Of a stretch of 34,627 bases of DNA, positions 24,386 to 34,083 are shown piece by piece (the stretch's first letter is position 1; each line of letters opens with the position of its first letter). The position numbers were made by a program, and so were the translations under genes. The stretch is from a virus. Lineage: Duplodnaviria; Caudoviricetes. Below the pieces are notes generated by a model. It saw nothing but the letters and a program-made list of their open reading frames with translations, was not told the DNA's origin and searched no databases. The stretch lies in the IMG/VR virus record IMGVR_UViG_3300011335_000085, positions 1 to 34,627 of that record. The stretch is one strand, 5' to 3'.

Positions 24386-25740
24386 TGGCTGATTACCGTG
24401 ACTTAGCTGCGGCGCTTAGTGGTGGGTATGGACAAGATACCGGCCCTATCACGGCTGACACGCTGATTACGCTGAAAAACGGCAAGACGGCTAGTGCTGG
24501 CGACCTGCTTGGAATGCTTAAAGGTTACGGTCAATCGGTTGGCAGCAATTTGGAATCATTGGTAAGGGGCGGGGTGGCATCAGTGCCAGGCATGGGCGGC
24601 GACCTTGAATCTTTAGGTCGGGCGGCAATTAACAAGCTGTACAGCGCAGGCGGTGTAAATGTAAACCCAAACCCTGTATTGCCGACCAGCACAGACATTT
24701 TGGGCATGATGCCAAGGATAACCGCACCCAGACGAGAAACGGCGGGGATGGAGGAGCTAGGCGGGTTTATGACACCGGCGACCGCTAAGGTGCTGACACC
24801 AGCAGTTAAAGGGGCGGCAAGGCTGGCGGGGCAAGAAATCAATGCTGGCTTAACTGGGCAGCCCACTCGGTCATTGCTAGGTGACATTACGCCAAAGCCT
24901 AAGTTACTTGATGTTTACCACGGCACACCACACACATTACCGCCAACTGAGCGCAATCTATTGGGTGAGTTTGATGCCTCAAAGATTGGCACTGGTGAGG
25001 GAGCGCAATCGTATGGGTATGGCATATATACGGCAGAAAACCCTGTTGTAGCTGGTTCATACAAACTTGCGGGGGTAGATACTGTCAACTTAATGGGGAA
25101 AGATGGCAACTCTATAAATATTTCTGCACTTTCAAAACCTTTGCAGAAAGCAATAGAAGCTAATGTAGGCGCACCTGATTTGTTGGGTAACGCTGAGAGG
25201 TTTTTAGCAAACAAAACCAATCAAAGTTTTTATTCTGAAAAGTATGGCGCACAGTCTATTGACGACTCAGTTAAAGCCTTAAAAGATTTGAATGCGGCTG
25301 GCGTTTCGGTAAAAAACTCAGGTAACCTCTACAAAGTTGATCTTCCTGACGAGAAGATTGCAACCATGCTGGATTGGGATGCGCCACTAAGTAAGCAACC
25401 AAAAACTATCCAAAATTGGTTGAAAGATTCTATGAATCCATATCGGGCGCAATTAGGGGCTAAAGATATTGGTGGTAATGAGCCAACTGGGTCTTTGATT
25501 TACAACAGACTTACAGAGTTAATGAGCGAGGGCAAGAAATCTGATGTCTTTACCAATGCGGCAAACTATGGGACTAAGAATGCAAGTCAAGAATTGGCTG
25601 ATGCTGGAATTGCTGGCATCAAATATCTTGACGAGGGTTCAAGGGCTGCTGGTCAAGGAACTCGCAACTTTGTAGTGTTTCCTGGTGAAGAAAAGAGCAT
25701 GACCATTCTTGAGCGTAATGCAGAAAAGAATGCCAAATGA
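24385..25740 (+). CDS. Protein with an ADP-ribosyltransferase-like (polyvalent-protein type) domain
   Basis: VYHGTPH...FDASKIGTGEGAQSYGYGIYTAE...A..Y, GNLYKVDLP, GI.GIKYLD...NFVVF. Confidence 0.6.
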   Translation: MADYRDLAAALSGGYGQDTGPITADTLITLKNGKTASAGDLLGMLKGYGQSVGSNLESLVRGGVASVPGMGGDLESLGRAAINKLYSAGGVNVNPNPVLPTSTDILGMMPRITAPRRETAGMEELGGFMTPATAKVLTPAVKGAARLAGQEINAGLTGQPTRSLLGDITPKPKLLDVYHGTPHTLPPTERNLLGEFDASKIGTGEGAQSYGYGIYTAENPVVAGSYKLAGVDTVNLMGKDGNSINISALSKPLQKAIEANVGAPDLLGNAERFLANKTNQSFYSEKYGAQSIDDSVKALKDLNAAGVSVKNSGNLYKVDLPDEKIATMLDWDAPLSKQPKTIQNWLKDSMNPYRAQLGAKDIGGNEPTGSLIYNRLTELMSEGKKSDVFTNAANYGTKNASQELADAGIAGIKYLDEGSRAAGQGTRNFVVFPGEEKSMTILERNAEKNAK

Positions 25741-26057
25741 CTACACAAGTAACTAAAGTAGTTAAGAATAGAAAAAAAGCTGGCGGTAGGTCTGCGGGTA
25801 CGCCTAATAAGGTCACAGCGCAGGCTAGAGAGGCCATAGCGATGTTCGTGGATGGTAATGCCCACCGACTCGCGCAGTGGCTTGATGAGGTCGCTATGGG
25901 TGTTCCTGAGCATGACATAAAACCAAATCCTGCTAAAGCCTTTGAGCTATTCCAAAGCGTGGTTGAATACCATGTACCCAAACTGGCAAGAACTGAGATC
26001 ACCGGCAAAGATGATGGGCCGGTAGAAATGGTGGTGACATGGGGCGGCGTGAAGTAA
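25737..26057 (+). CDS. terS: Terminase small subunit
   Basis: GGRSAGTPNKVT, C-terminal EITGKDDGPV; directly upstream of the large subunit. Confidence 0.75.
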   Translation: MTTQVTKVVKNRKKAGGRSAGTPNKVTAQAREAIAMFVDGNAHRLAQWLDEVAMGVPEHDIKPNPAKAFELFQSVVEYHVPKLARTEITGKDDGPVEMVVTWGGVK

Positions 26058-27358
26058 TCCTGCCTTACAACCCAAGGGCGGCATTCATGCCGTTTCATCT
26101 GAGGACAGAGCGCTGGTCATGCCTACTTGCCCACCGTAGAGCTGGAAAGACGGTAGCGGCAATCAACGACCTGATCAAACGAGCAATCACTGAGGGCGGT
26201 CGGGGCGCACAGTATGCCTACATAGCCCCATTCAGAAGTCAGGCTAAGAGGGTGGCATGGGATTACATCAAGCATTACGCCGCACCAGTAACTAAAGCCA
26301 CAAACGAAGCCGACTTGATGGTGGAGCTGGTGAACGGCGCAAAGATCATGCTGTTTGGGGCAGACAACGCAGACGCTATGCGGGGCATGGGCTTTAACGG
26401 CGTTTACATGGACGAGTACGGTGATTTCAGACCAAGCGTTTGGGGAAACATCATTCGGCCTTGCCTCAGTGACAGACTCGGCTGGGCTGTGTTTGGGGGT
26501 ACGCCAAAGGGCAAGAACCAATTTCACGACATCTATAAGGTCAGCCAAAACGTGCCAGACTGGTTTCTGCTACGCCTACCAGCCTCGGTGTCCAAGCTAT
26601 TGCCAGACACAGAATTGCAGGCGGCTCGGTCTCAGTTAAGCCAGGATCAGTACGACCAAGAGTATGAGTGCAGCTTTGATGCCGCCTTGCTGGGGGCATT
26701 TTTTGGTCAAGAGATGCGCCAAGCTGATGACGAGGGCAGGATATGTGAGCTGCCGTTTGAGCCAGAAGCGCCGGTATACACCGCATGGGACTTAGGTTAC
26801 CGTGACGACACCGCAATCTGGTGGTATCAGGTGGTCAGGGGTGAGATCAGGGTGATGGACTATTACGCTGTAAGTGGCGCAAGCATTGAAGAAATAGCCA
26901 GTGCGGTGATAGCCAAGGGTTACCGCTACACCCGCCATTTCCTGCCGCATGATGCCAGAGCCAAGACGCTGGCCTCAGGGGGGAAGTCCATTGTTGAGCA
27001 ATTGGCTGCACATTTGGGCGGCATGAGCAAGCTGGCAATAGTGCCTGAGATTGGCATACAGGACGGTATCCAAGCGGTGCGGATGATCCTGCCCATCTGT
27101 TATTTCGACTCCAGATGCGATGAGGGGCTGGAAGCGTTAAGGCAATATCAGCGGGAATACGATGAAGACAAGAAAACTTTTCGACAAACTCCCCGCCATG
27201 ACTGGTGCTCACACCCCGCAGATGCGTTTAGAATGCTTGCAGTAGCTTATAGACAAGAAGCAAAAGATCAGACACCGCCCAAGGGCAAGACCCTGCAAAC
27301 CATCACATTAGATGAGCTGTGGGACTTTGAGATGCAACATAGAGAGGAAAGAATATGA
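26039..27358 (+). CDS. terL: Terminase large subunit
   Basis: Walker A HRRAGKT, Walker B VYMDE, GTPKG, nuclease motifs WDLG, PHDA, HPADAFR. Confidence 0.95.
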   Translation: MGRREVILPYNPRAAFMPFHLRTERWSCLLAHRRAGKTVAAINDLIKRAITEGGRGAQYAYIAPFRSQAKRVAWDYIKHYAAPVTKATNEADLMVELVNGAKIMLFGADNADAMRGMGFNGVYMDEYGDFRPSVWGNIIRPCLSDRLGWAVFGGTPKGKNQFHDIYKVSQNVPDWFLLRLPASVSKLLPDTELQAARSQLSQDQYDQEYECSFDAALLGAFFGQEMRQADDEGRICELPFEPEAPVYTAWDLGYRDDTAIWWYQVVRGEIRVMDYYAVSGASIEEIASAVIAKGYRYTRHFLPHDARAKTLASGGKSIVEQLAAHLGGMSKLAIVPEIGIQDGIQAVRMILPICYFDSRCDEGLEALRQYQREYDEDKKTFRQTPRHDWCSHPADAFRMLAVAYRQEAKDQTPPKGKTLQTITLDELWDFEMQHREERI

Positions 27359-27633
27359 GCCAGCCAGTAGCAGAAGTCGGTGGATACAAAAACATCACCG
27401 CCACAGGCGCAGTCAGTACTGGCCCTTGCCAGTTGATTGGTTTTTACGTCAACAACACGACCGCAGGCACATTGGTGTTACGCAATGGCGGGTCAGGTGG
27501 CGAGGTCATGAGTGGCACAATTACACCGGCTATCGGTTTTCACCGATTCCCCGCCAACGTGGGTGTCAGTCTGTACGCCACGATTGCAGGCACTGGATTG
27601 GATGTGACATTCTTCTTTGCCGCAGGTAGTTAA
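27355..27633 (+). CDS. Small beta-rich protein, possibly structural
   Basis: 92 aa Gly/Thr-rich, ATGA-coupled between terminase and portal. Confidence 0.6.
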   Translation: MSQPVAEVGGYKNITATGAVSTGPCQLIGFYVNNTTAGTLVLRNGGSGGEVMSGTITPAIGFHRFPANVGVSLYATIAGTGLDVTFFFAAGS

Positions 27634-27635
27634 TC

Positions 27636-29936
27636 ATGACTGAAAACGGCGCATACGAGGGGGAAGACCCAGGCCCGTACTGGCACGACCAGATTGAGAC
27701 CGCCATCAAGATATTTGATAAGTGGGAAAAGCGTGGGCAAAAGGTAGTTAAGCGGTATCGGGATGAGCGTGATGCCATTGAGATGCCAAGGATGAAGTTC
27801 AATATCCTCTGGTCAAACATTCAAGTGCTGTTTCCAGCCCTATACGGCAGACAAGCTAAGCCCGAAGTCTCACGCCGGTACATGGATCAAGACCCCGTGG
27901 GTCGATTGGCATCCACAATGCTTGAGCGTGTCATGGAATACGAGACCATGCAATTCGGTGACTTTGACGCTGCCATGTCTGGGGCGGTGCAGGACAGACT
28001 GCTGCCTGGTCGGGGAACGGCGTGGATTCGCTATGAGCCGGTTATTGTCAACGAACAGCCCGAGGCAACCGAGACCGCAGGGCAGATGGAAGAACCGACC
28101 GAGCCGCAGGTTAGTACCGTGGTGGAAGACCCCACAGAGCGTATTGACGCAGCTCACAGCCCAATTGATTACGTCTACTGGTCAGACTTCTTGCATTCAC
28201 CCGCCCGCACATGGGATGAAGTTTGGTGGGTAGCCCGAGCCGTTTACATGACCAAGGACGAGGGCGTAGAGCGCTTTGGGGACGTATTTAAGAATGTCAG
28301 CCTGACCAGCTCCAACACCGACATGGACGGCAAGAATCCATTGACCGCCAAGATGACCTACGACAAAAAGGCGATGGTCTATGAGATTTGGAACAAGCGC
28401 AGCGGTAAGGTTTGCTGGATTGCCAAAGGTTATCCACAGGCATTAGACGAGCGTGACGACCCGCTAGAGTTAGAAGAATTCTTCCCATGCCCCAAACCGT
28501 TGATGGCGACCACCACCACCGGCACAATGATTCCTGTACCTGACTATTGTGAGTACGAGGATCAGGCGCAAGAGCTAGACAACCTGACTCAGCGCATTTA
28601 CCTGCTGACTAAGGCTTGTAAAGCGGTTGGCGTGTTTAATGCTGAGTTCAAGGAACTGGCGCGGATGTTCAGCGAGGGCGTGGACAACAAGCTATTTCCA
28701 GTGACTGCATGGGCAGCAATGTCGGAAAAAGGCGGCTTAAAAGGCGCTATCGACATGATGGATACATCGCAGATCATTGTGACCCTGCGGGAACTTTACA
28801 GCGCCCGAGAGCAAGTCAAGCAGTCGATCTACGAGATCATGGGCATATCGGACATTCTGCGTGGATCGTCTAAAGCTCAGGAAACCCTCGGTGCTCAACA
28901 GCTCAAAGCCAACTTTGGTAGCCTGCGGTTAAAGAGTAGCCAAGGCGAAGTGGCAAGGTTTGCGACCGACATCTTCAAGCTCAAAGCACAGATTATTTGT
29001 AAGTTCTACCCGCCTGAGCTGATTGTTGAGATGTCAGGTGTGATGAACACACCAGACGGTCAAGACCCGCAGATGTTGCAAGCGGCGATCCAGATGCTGT
29101 CTAACAGCACAATCAGGGACTTCCACATTGCGGTCGAAGCTGACAGCCTGGCTCAGATTGACGAGCAAGCTGAAAAGCAGGGCGCACAAGAAGCGATCCA
29201 AGCTATTGGTCTGTTCTTGCGTGAGGCAATCCCCATGATTGCCCAAGCGCCCGAGACTTTGCCGATGGCCTCTGAGATGCTGTTATTCCTTGTACGCCGA
29301 TTCAGAGCCGGTCGGGGATTAGAGAGCGCGGTTGAAAGGGCAATGAAAGCCCTGCAAGACAAAGCGGATGCGGCTAAACAACAACCGCCTGGCCCACCGC
29401 CAGAGATGATGCAAATGCAAGCTGAACAGCAGACAGAACAGATGCGGATGCAGGCGCAGTCTCAGACTGAGCAGATGAAAATGCAAGCACAAGCCCAGAT
29501 TGAGCAGGGCAAGGCGCAGCTTGAGATGCAGATGCACCAAGCTAAGACGCAAGCAGAGATGCAGTTGGCGCAGATGAAAGCCGAGTTTGAAGTTGCAAAA
29601 CAAAACAACGAGATGCAAATAAAGGCCAGAGAGATGGCTGGAAGGGAAGAATATGAGCGATGGAAAGCAGAACTTGATGCAGCGACTAAAGTCCTTGTGG
29701 CTCAAATTGGCGCAAAAGCTGGGCTTGATCAAGCCGCAATGAGCGCACAGATGGCGGCATCCGAGGAAGTTGACTCTACTTTGGGTGACGGCATGAGCGA
29801 GGCAATCAACCGTTTGGCTGATATGCACGGCGAGACATTGGGGCAGATCACAGGCGTGATGCAGGCAATCAGCGCACCGAAACGCATAATTCGTGGGCCA
29901 GACGGTCGGGCGGCGGGTGTTGAGATTGCTACATGA
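27636..29936 (+). CDS. Portal protein with a long C-terminal coiled coil
   Basis: 766 aa after terL; FNILWSN..L.PALY...P, FFPCP.P, Gln/Met-rich C-terminal helix. Confidence 0.85.
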   Translation: MTENGAYEGEDPGPYWHDQIETAIKIFDKWEKRGQKVVKRYRDERDAIEMPRMKFNILWSNIQVLFPALYGRQAKPEVSRRYMDQDPVGRLASTMLERVMEYETMQFGDFDAAMSGAVQDRLLPGRGTAWIRYEPVIVNEQPEATETAGQMEEPTEPQVSTVVEDPTERIDAAHSPIDYVYWSDFLHSPARTWDEVWWVARAVYMTKDEGVERFGDVFKNVSLTSSNTDMDGKNPLTAKMTYDKKAMVYEIWNKRSGKVCWIAKGYPQALDERDDPLELEEFFPCPKPLMATTTTGTMIPVPDYCEYEDQAQELDNLTQRIYLLTKACKAVGVFNAEFKELARMFSEGVDNKLFPVTAWAAMSEKGGLKGAIDMMDTSQIIVTLRELYSAREQVKQSIYEIMGISDILRGSSKAQETLGAQQLKANFGSLRLKSSQGEVARFATDIFKLKAQIICKFYPPELIVEMSGVMNTPDGQDPQMLQAAIQMLSNSTIRDFHIAVEADSLAQIDEQAEKQGAQEAIQAIGLFLREAIPMIAQAPETLPMASEMLLFLVRRFRAGRGLESAVERAMKALQDKADAAKQQPPGPPPEMMQMQAEQQTEQMRMQAQSQTEQMKMQAQAQIEQGKAQLEMQMHQAKTQAEMQLAQMKAEFEVAKQNNEMQIKAREMAGREEYERWKAELDAATKVLVAQIGAKAGLDQAAMSAQMAASEEVDSTLGDGMSEAINRLADMHGETLGQITGVMQAISAPKRIIRGPDGRAAGVEIAT

Positions 29937-32245
29937 GCTTAGTTCTTGCCGATAGGGTCAGGGAGACCACCACTTCCACAGGCACAGGCACGATAACCCT
30001 TGGCGGCGCAGTTCAGGGTTTTCAGCGGTTTTCGGTGCTTGGTGATGGAAACACCACCTACTACACAATCCAAGGAACGATCCAGTGGGAAGTGGGGATC
30101 GGCACATATAACGCAAACACACTGACTCGGGACACGGTGCTGGATTCGTCTAGTGCTGGCGCTTTGGTGGACTTTAGCGGTGGGTCAAAGGACGTATTTG
30201 TTACGTTGCCTGCTGAAAGGGCGATTACTTCTATTGCGTCTGCTGATGCAAGCATTATTGTTACTACGGTTGGATCTCTTGTTGATCTTTCGGTATCGCA
30301 AACGTCTCCAGCCTCGGTGCTTGTTGAACGAGTGCAAAATTCAACCGGCGCAACCCTAACAAAAGGGACAGCGGTTTATATCTCAGGCGCTATAGGACAA
30401 CTACCGACTGTTTCCAAAGCCCTAGCCACAAGCGATGCCACATCAGCGCAAACTTTGGGATTGATAACCAGTGACTTGGCAAACAATTCAAATGGCTATG
30501 TAACCATCATTGGACTGGTTGATGACCTTGACACATCAGCATATACCGATGGGGTTCAACTTTATCTAAGCCCGACCACAGCAGGAACTTTGACCGTAAC
30601 CAAACCGTATGCGCCACAGCATCTTGTCTATGTGGCTGTTGTTGCTCATGCTCACCCAGTTCATGGAAAGTTGATTGTTAAGGTACAAAACGGTTATGAA
30701 ATGGATGAGCTACACAATGTGTCGGCTCAGTCGCCAAACAACGGCGATATTCTTGTTTACAACACAAGCACCCAATTGTGGGAGACCGCAGCTCAAGCCA
30801 GTGGCGGCACAGTCACAAGCGTAAGCGGTACAGGAACGGTCAGCGGTTTAACCTTAACAGGCACGGTGACCAGCTCGGGCAGTTTGACCCTTGGCGGTGC
30901 AATAACAGGATTTGCAACTAGTGGGGCAAACACTGATTTGACATCTGTGGCGCTGACGACCGGCACAATTACCACCGCCCCTAGTTCAAGCAATGATATT
31001 GTTAACAAGTCCTATGCCGACTCAATTGCGGCGGGGGTTAACTTTCACGCTGCTTGCCAATATGCAACGACAGCGGCTTTACCAGCAAACACTTACAACA
31101 ACGGCACAGGTGGGGTCGGTGCGACACTGACGGCTGTGGCGGTCGGTACGCTGACCATTGACAGTTACACATTGGTTATTGGTGATGTTGGTAAGCGTTT
31201 ACTGATAAAGAATGAGGCGACTCAGGCTAATAACGGTGCGTATGTACTAACGCAAGCAGGAACGGCGGTGCTACCGTACATACTGACAAGGGCAACAGAT
31301 TACGACTCAAGCGGGTCTGGTACTAATGAAGTGGATCAGGGTGACTTGATTCTGGTGATTAACGGCACGACAAACGCAAACACCTCATGGGTACAGCAGA
31401 CACCGTTACCAATCACGATTGGGACAACGGCGATTGTGTTTATTCAGTTTGCGGCGATCCAAACGTATAGCGCAGGCACGGGCTTAACTTTAACCACCAA
31501 TCAGTTTTCAATTACCAACACTGGAACGGCGGGTACATATGGCACTTCTACGCAAATTCCTGTATTCGTTACCAACGCACAAGGACAGGTTACAAGTGTT
31601 ACTAATACTGCAATAGGAACGCTGAATCAAAACACAACAGGAACGGCAACATTAGCCAAAAGCACTTCAGCGTTTACAACTGGCACAGCACAAACCTATA
31701 CCGCACCATCAAATACTCAGTGGGTTAAGGTCACGGTTGTCGGACCAGGCGGTAACGGCGGGGCGGCAACTGGACAAAGAGCGACAGGCGGCGGTGGTGG
31801 CGGTGTGGCGATTAAATGGCTATCCATGACCGCAGCACAGACCTTGGTTTACACCGTTGGCACAGCGTCTGGCACAGCATCCACCGTGTCATCTGGTACG
31901 TTGACCATCACCACAATAACGGCAAACTCAGGCACAAACGGCGCAGGCACTGCTTACGCTAACTCAATTACGGCTGGCGGCGCAGGCGGCACAGCAACCA
32001 ACGGCGATGTCAACATCATTGGTGGACAGGGTGGCTATTCTTACGGCTCAGGCACAACAGTTCAAACTAACTTTGGCGGCAAGGGCGGGGATTGCCCTGG
32101 CTTTGGCTCTGGTGGCCCTGCCTTGGCAATTGTGGCAACCGCAGGCGTACAAGGTAACGGCTTTGGTGCTGGCGGCGGCGGTGCTCACGGCAACGCAACA
32201 TCCGCAGCAGGTCGAGGTGGGATTATTATCTTTGAGGCGTACTGA
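29933..32245 (+). CDS. Long fibre/appendage protein with a glycine-rich C-terminal domain
   Basis: LADRVRETTTSTGTG N-terminus, Thr/Gly-rich modules, GGGGGG..K and GGGGA..GRGGIIIFE C-terminus. Confidence 0.7.
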   Translation: MSLVLADRVRETTTSTGTGTITLGGAVQGFQRFSVLGDGNTTYYTIQGTIQWEVGIGTYNANTLTRDTVLDSSSAGALVDFSGGSKDVFVTLPAERAITSIASADASIIVTTVGSLVDLSVSQTSPASVLVERVQNSTGATLTKGTAVYISGAIGQLPTVSKALATSDATSAQTLGLITSDLANNSNGYVTIIGLVDDLDTSAYTDGVQLYLSPTTAGTLTVTKPYAPQHLVYVAVVAHAHPVHGKLIVKVQNGYEMDELHNVSAQSPNNGDILVYNTSTQLWETAAQASGGTVTSVSGTGTVSGLTLTGTVTSSGSLTLGGAITGFATSGANTDLTSVALTTGTITTAPSSSNDIVNKSYADSIAAGVNFHAACQYATTAALPANTYNNGTGGVGATLTAVAVGTLTIDSYTLVIGDVGKRLLIKNEATQANNGAYVLTQAGTAVLPYILTRATDYDSSGSGTNEVDQGDLILVINGTTNANTSWVQQTPLPITIGTTAIVFIQFAAIQTYSAGTGLTLTTNQFSITNTGTAGTYGTSTQIPVFVTNAQGQVTSVTNTAIGTLNQNTTGTATLAKSTSAFTTGTAQTYTAPSNTQWVKVTVVGPGGNGGAATGQRATGGGGGGVAIKWLSMTAAQTLVYTVGTASGTASTVSSGTLTITTITANSGTNGAGTAYANSITAGGAGGTATNGDVNIIGGQGGYSYGSGTTVQTNFGGKGGDCPGFGSGGPALAIVATAGVQGNGFGAGGGGAHGNATSAAGRGGIIIFEAY

Positions 32246-32598
32246 TGTTTGGCTATACCTCATTTGCTGAATTACCGTTTGCCACAATCGGCGTTACGGT
32301 AACCCCAGCGCCTGAAGTCCTACTCGGTGGACACTTTGGCTTTGATGAGCGTGATAAGCATTGGGAAGAAGAAAAGCGGCAAGAGGAAAAGCGCAGGGAG
32401 AGGATCAAGACCGCATTGTTTGGCTTACCGCCAGAGGAGCGTGAGCAGATCACCACAGCGCCAGCCCAGACAATAGATATTGCGGCACAAACAGTAATCA
32501 CTTATGATGCGATCATGGTTCAGATTGAGACGCTAAGAAAGCGGATTCAATTTGAACAAGATGAAGAAGATTTTGAGACATTATTGGAGTTTCTTTGA
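32245..32598 (+). CDS. Hypothetical protein
   Basis: TGATG-coupled; MFGYTSFAELPFA N-terminus, acidic C-terminus. Confidence 0.65.
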   Translation: MFGYTSFAELPFATIGVTVTPAPEVLLGGHFGFDERDKHWEEEKRQEEKRRERIKTALFGLPPEEREQITTAPAQTIDIAAQTVITYDAIMVQIETLRKRIQFEQDEEDFETLLEFL

Positions 32599-33017
32599 AA
32601 ACAACATGGGTTTTTCCATCTGACGGTAGCGAGCCATACGAAAAGACCAGTGGACGGTCTGGTGAGTACACCACCGTAATGGGCGACATTGCCCCATTTA
32701 TGTCGCCTGATGGCAAGATGATCGAGGGTCGTAAACAATGGCGTGACCACCTTAAGCGCACCGATTCCATTGAGATGGGGCATTCTGACGTTAAGTATGC
32801 ACAGCAAGAGTGGAACAAAAAGAAAGAAGCGCACCGAGACCGACTGCGCGGTCAATTGGCGACAGTGCAAGAGTTTGACCGACCAGGCGCACCGATTGCT
32901 GCTGTTAAGATGTCTAACCTAAACGTAGAGATGGCAAACCGCCTACACAACCGTCCCATGCCTGAGCGCAAGGAGATGATCAAAATGACCCTCGAACAAA
33001 TGAAAAGGATGAAGTGA
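32595..33017 (+). CDS. Hypothetical protein
   Basis: DIAPFMSPDGKMIEGRKQWRDHLKR; overlaps the stop or start codon of both neighbours. Confidence 0.65.
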   Translation: MKTTWVFPSDGSEPYEKTSGRSGEYTTVMGDIAPFMSPDGKMIEGRKQWRDHLKRTDSIEMGHSDVKYAQQEWNKKKEAHRDRLRGQLATVQEFDRPGAPIAAVKMSNLNVEMANRLHNRPMPERKEMIKMTLEQMKRMK

Positions 33018-34072
33018 TGGAAAACGAAGTTGTCGCACCCGACACGATAGAAACACCAGCACCAGAAACCCCAGCGGTCGAAGCGCCCCAAGCGCCAGCA
33101 GAACCGCAAAGCAGAGCCGATACGATTCGTGAGGCACTGACAAAGACACCTACAAACCGTGGCAAACACGCAGCCACCCAGCCCCGTGAAGGGGGTAAGT
33201 TTGCCCCTAAATTCCCGACCGACCAGACCCAAGCACCGCAAATGGCTGAAAAGCCAAGAGCCGAGATGCCCAAGAGCCTGCGGTTGGAACTGAAAGAGCA
33301 TTGGGAAAAAGCCCCGCCTGAGTTACAGCAAGCCTTTGCCCAGCGGGATGCCGATTACGAAAAGGGCATCACCTCATATAAACAAAGGGACGCAGAGGCA
33401 CGGGCGATCACCGAACAATTTGCACCGTATGAGTGGATTTTAAGAAACGAAAACTCAACGCCTGCTCAGGCTATTGGCCCATTGCTACAAACGGCGGCAT
33501 TGCTCAGGACTGGTACACCGCAGCAGAAATCTCAGGCGGTTGCTCAAATGATTCAGCAATTCCAGATTCCTTTGGATCAAGTGGCTGCTTACTTTGGCGG
33601 CGAAGCCCCACCACAGCAAGATTCACACTACAATCAATTGGCGCAACAAGTACAGCAGCTCACGCAACACATCACGCAGAGCCAGTACGAGGCACAGAAA
33701 CAGAATGAAAACAGAGCACTCTCTGTAATCCAGCAGTTTGCGAGCGACCCCGCAAATGCACACTTTGAAGCAGTCCAAGACCGGATGCTGTCGCTTCTCC
33801 AAGCGCCGCAGGTTCTAGGGGACGTAAGTCATATGTCAGAACGTGAGAAATTGCAAGTGGCATACGACACCTCTGTAAGGCTTGATCCACAGTTGGCACA
33901 AAGTTTATATGCTCAACAGCAACAAAACTATGCCGCACAGAATCAGGTACAGAAAGCAAAACTAGCGGCTGTACAGGTAAGGGGAGCGCCAGGCGGCGCA
34001 ATCTCTGGCCCAGTAAGTCAAACTGACCGCCGAGCTGTTATCGCAAATGCGTTACGGCAGGCAAATTTTTAA
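33014..34072 (+). CDS. Putative capsid scaffolding protein
   Basis: Acidic/Pro-rich N-terminus, Gln-rich helices, immediately upstream of the capsid gene. Confidence 0.7.
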   Translation: MMENEVVAPDTIETPAPETPAVEAPQAPAEPQSRADTIREALTKTPTNRGKHAATQPREGGKFAPKFPTDQTQAPQMAEKPRAEMPKSLRLELKEHWEKAPPELQQAFAQRDADYEKGITSYKQRDAEARAITEQFAPYEWILRNENSTPAQAIGPLLQTAALLRTGTPQQKSQAVAQMIQQFQIPLDQVAAYFGGEAPPQQDSHYNQLAQQVQQLTQHITQSQYEAQKQNENRALSVIQQFASDPANAHFEAVQDRMLSLLQAPQVLGDVSHMSEREKLQVAYDTSVRLDPQLAQSLYAQQQQNYAAQNQVQKAKLAAVQVRGAPGGAISGPVSQTDRRAVIANALRQANF

Positions 34073-34083
34073 AGGGGTAAATC

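Noticed and set aside
29034-29828. Antisense ORFs over the portal, and similar minus-strand ORFs across the structural genes
   Set aside because: Shadow ORFs of biased coding sequence, with no RBS or motifs
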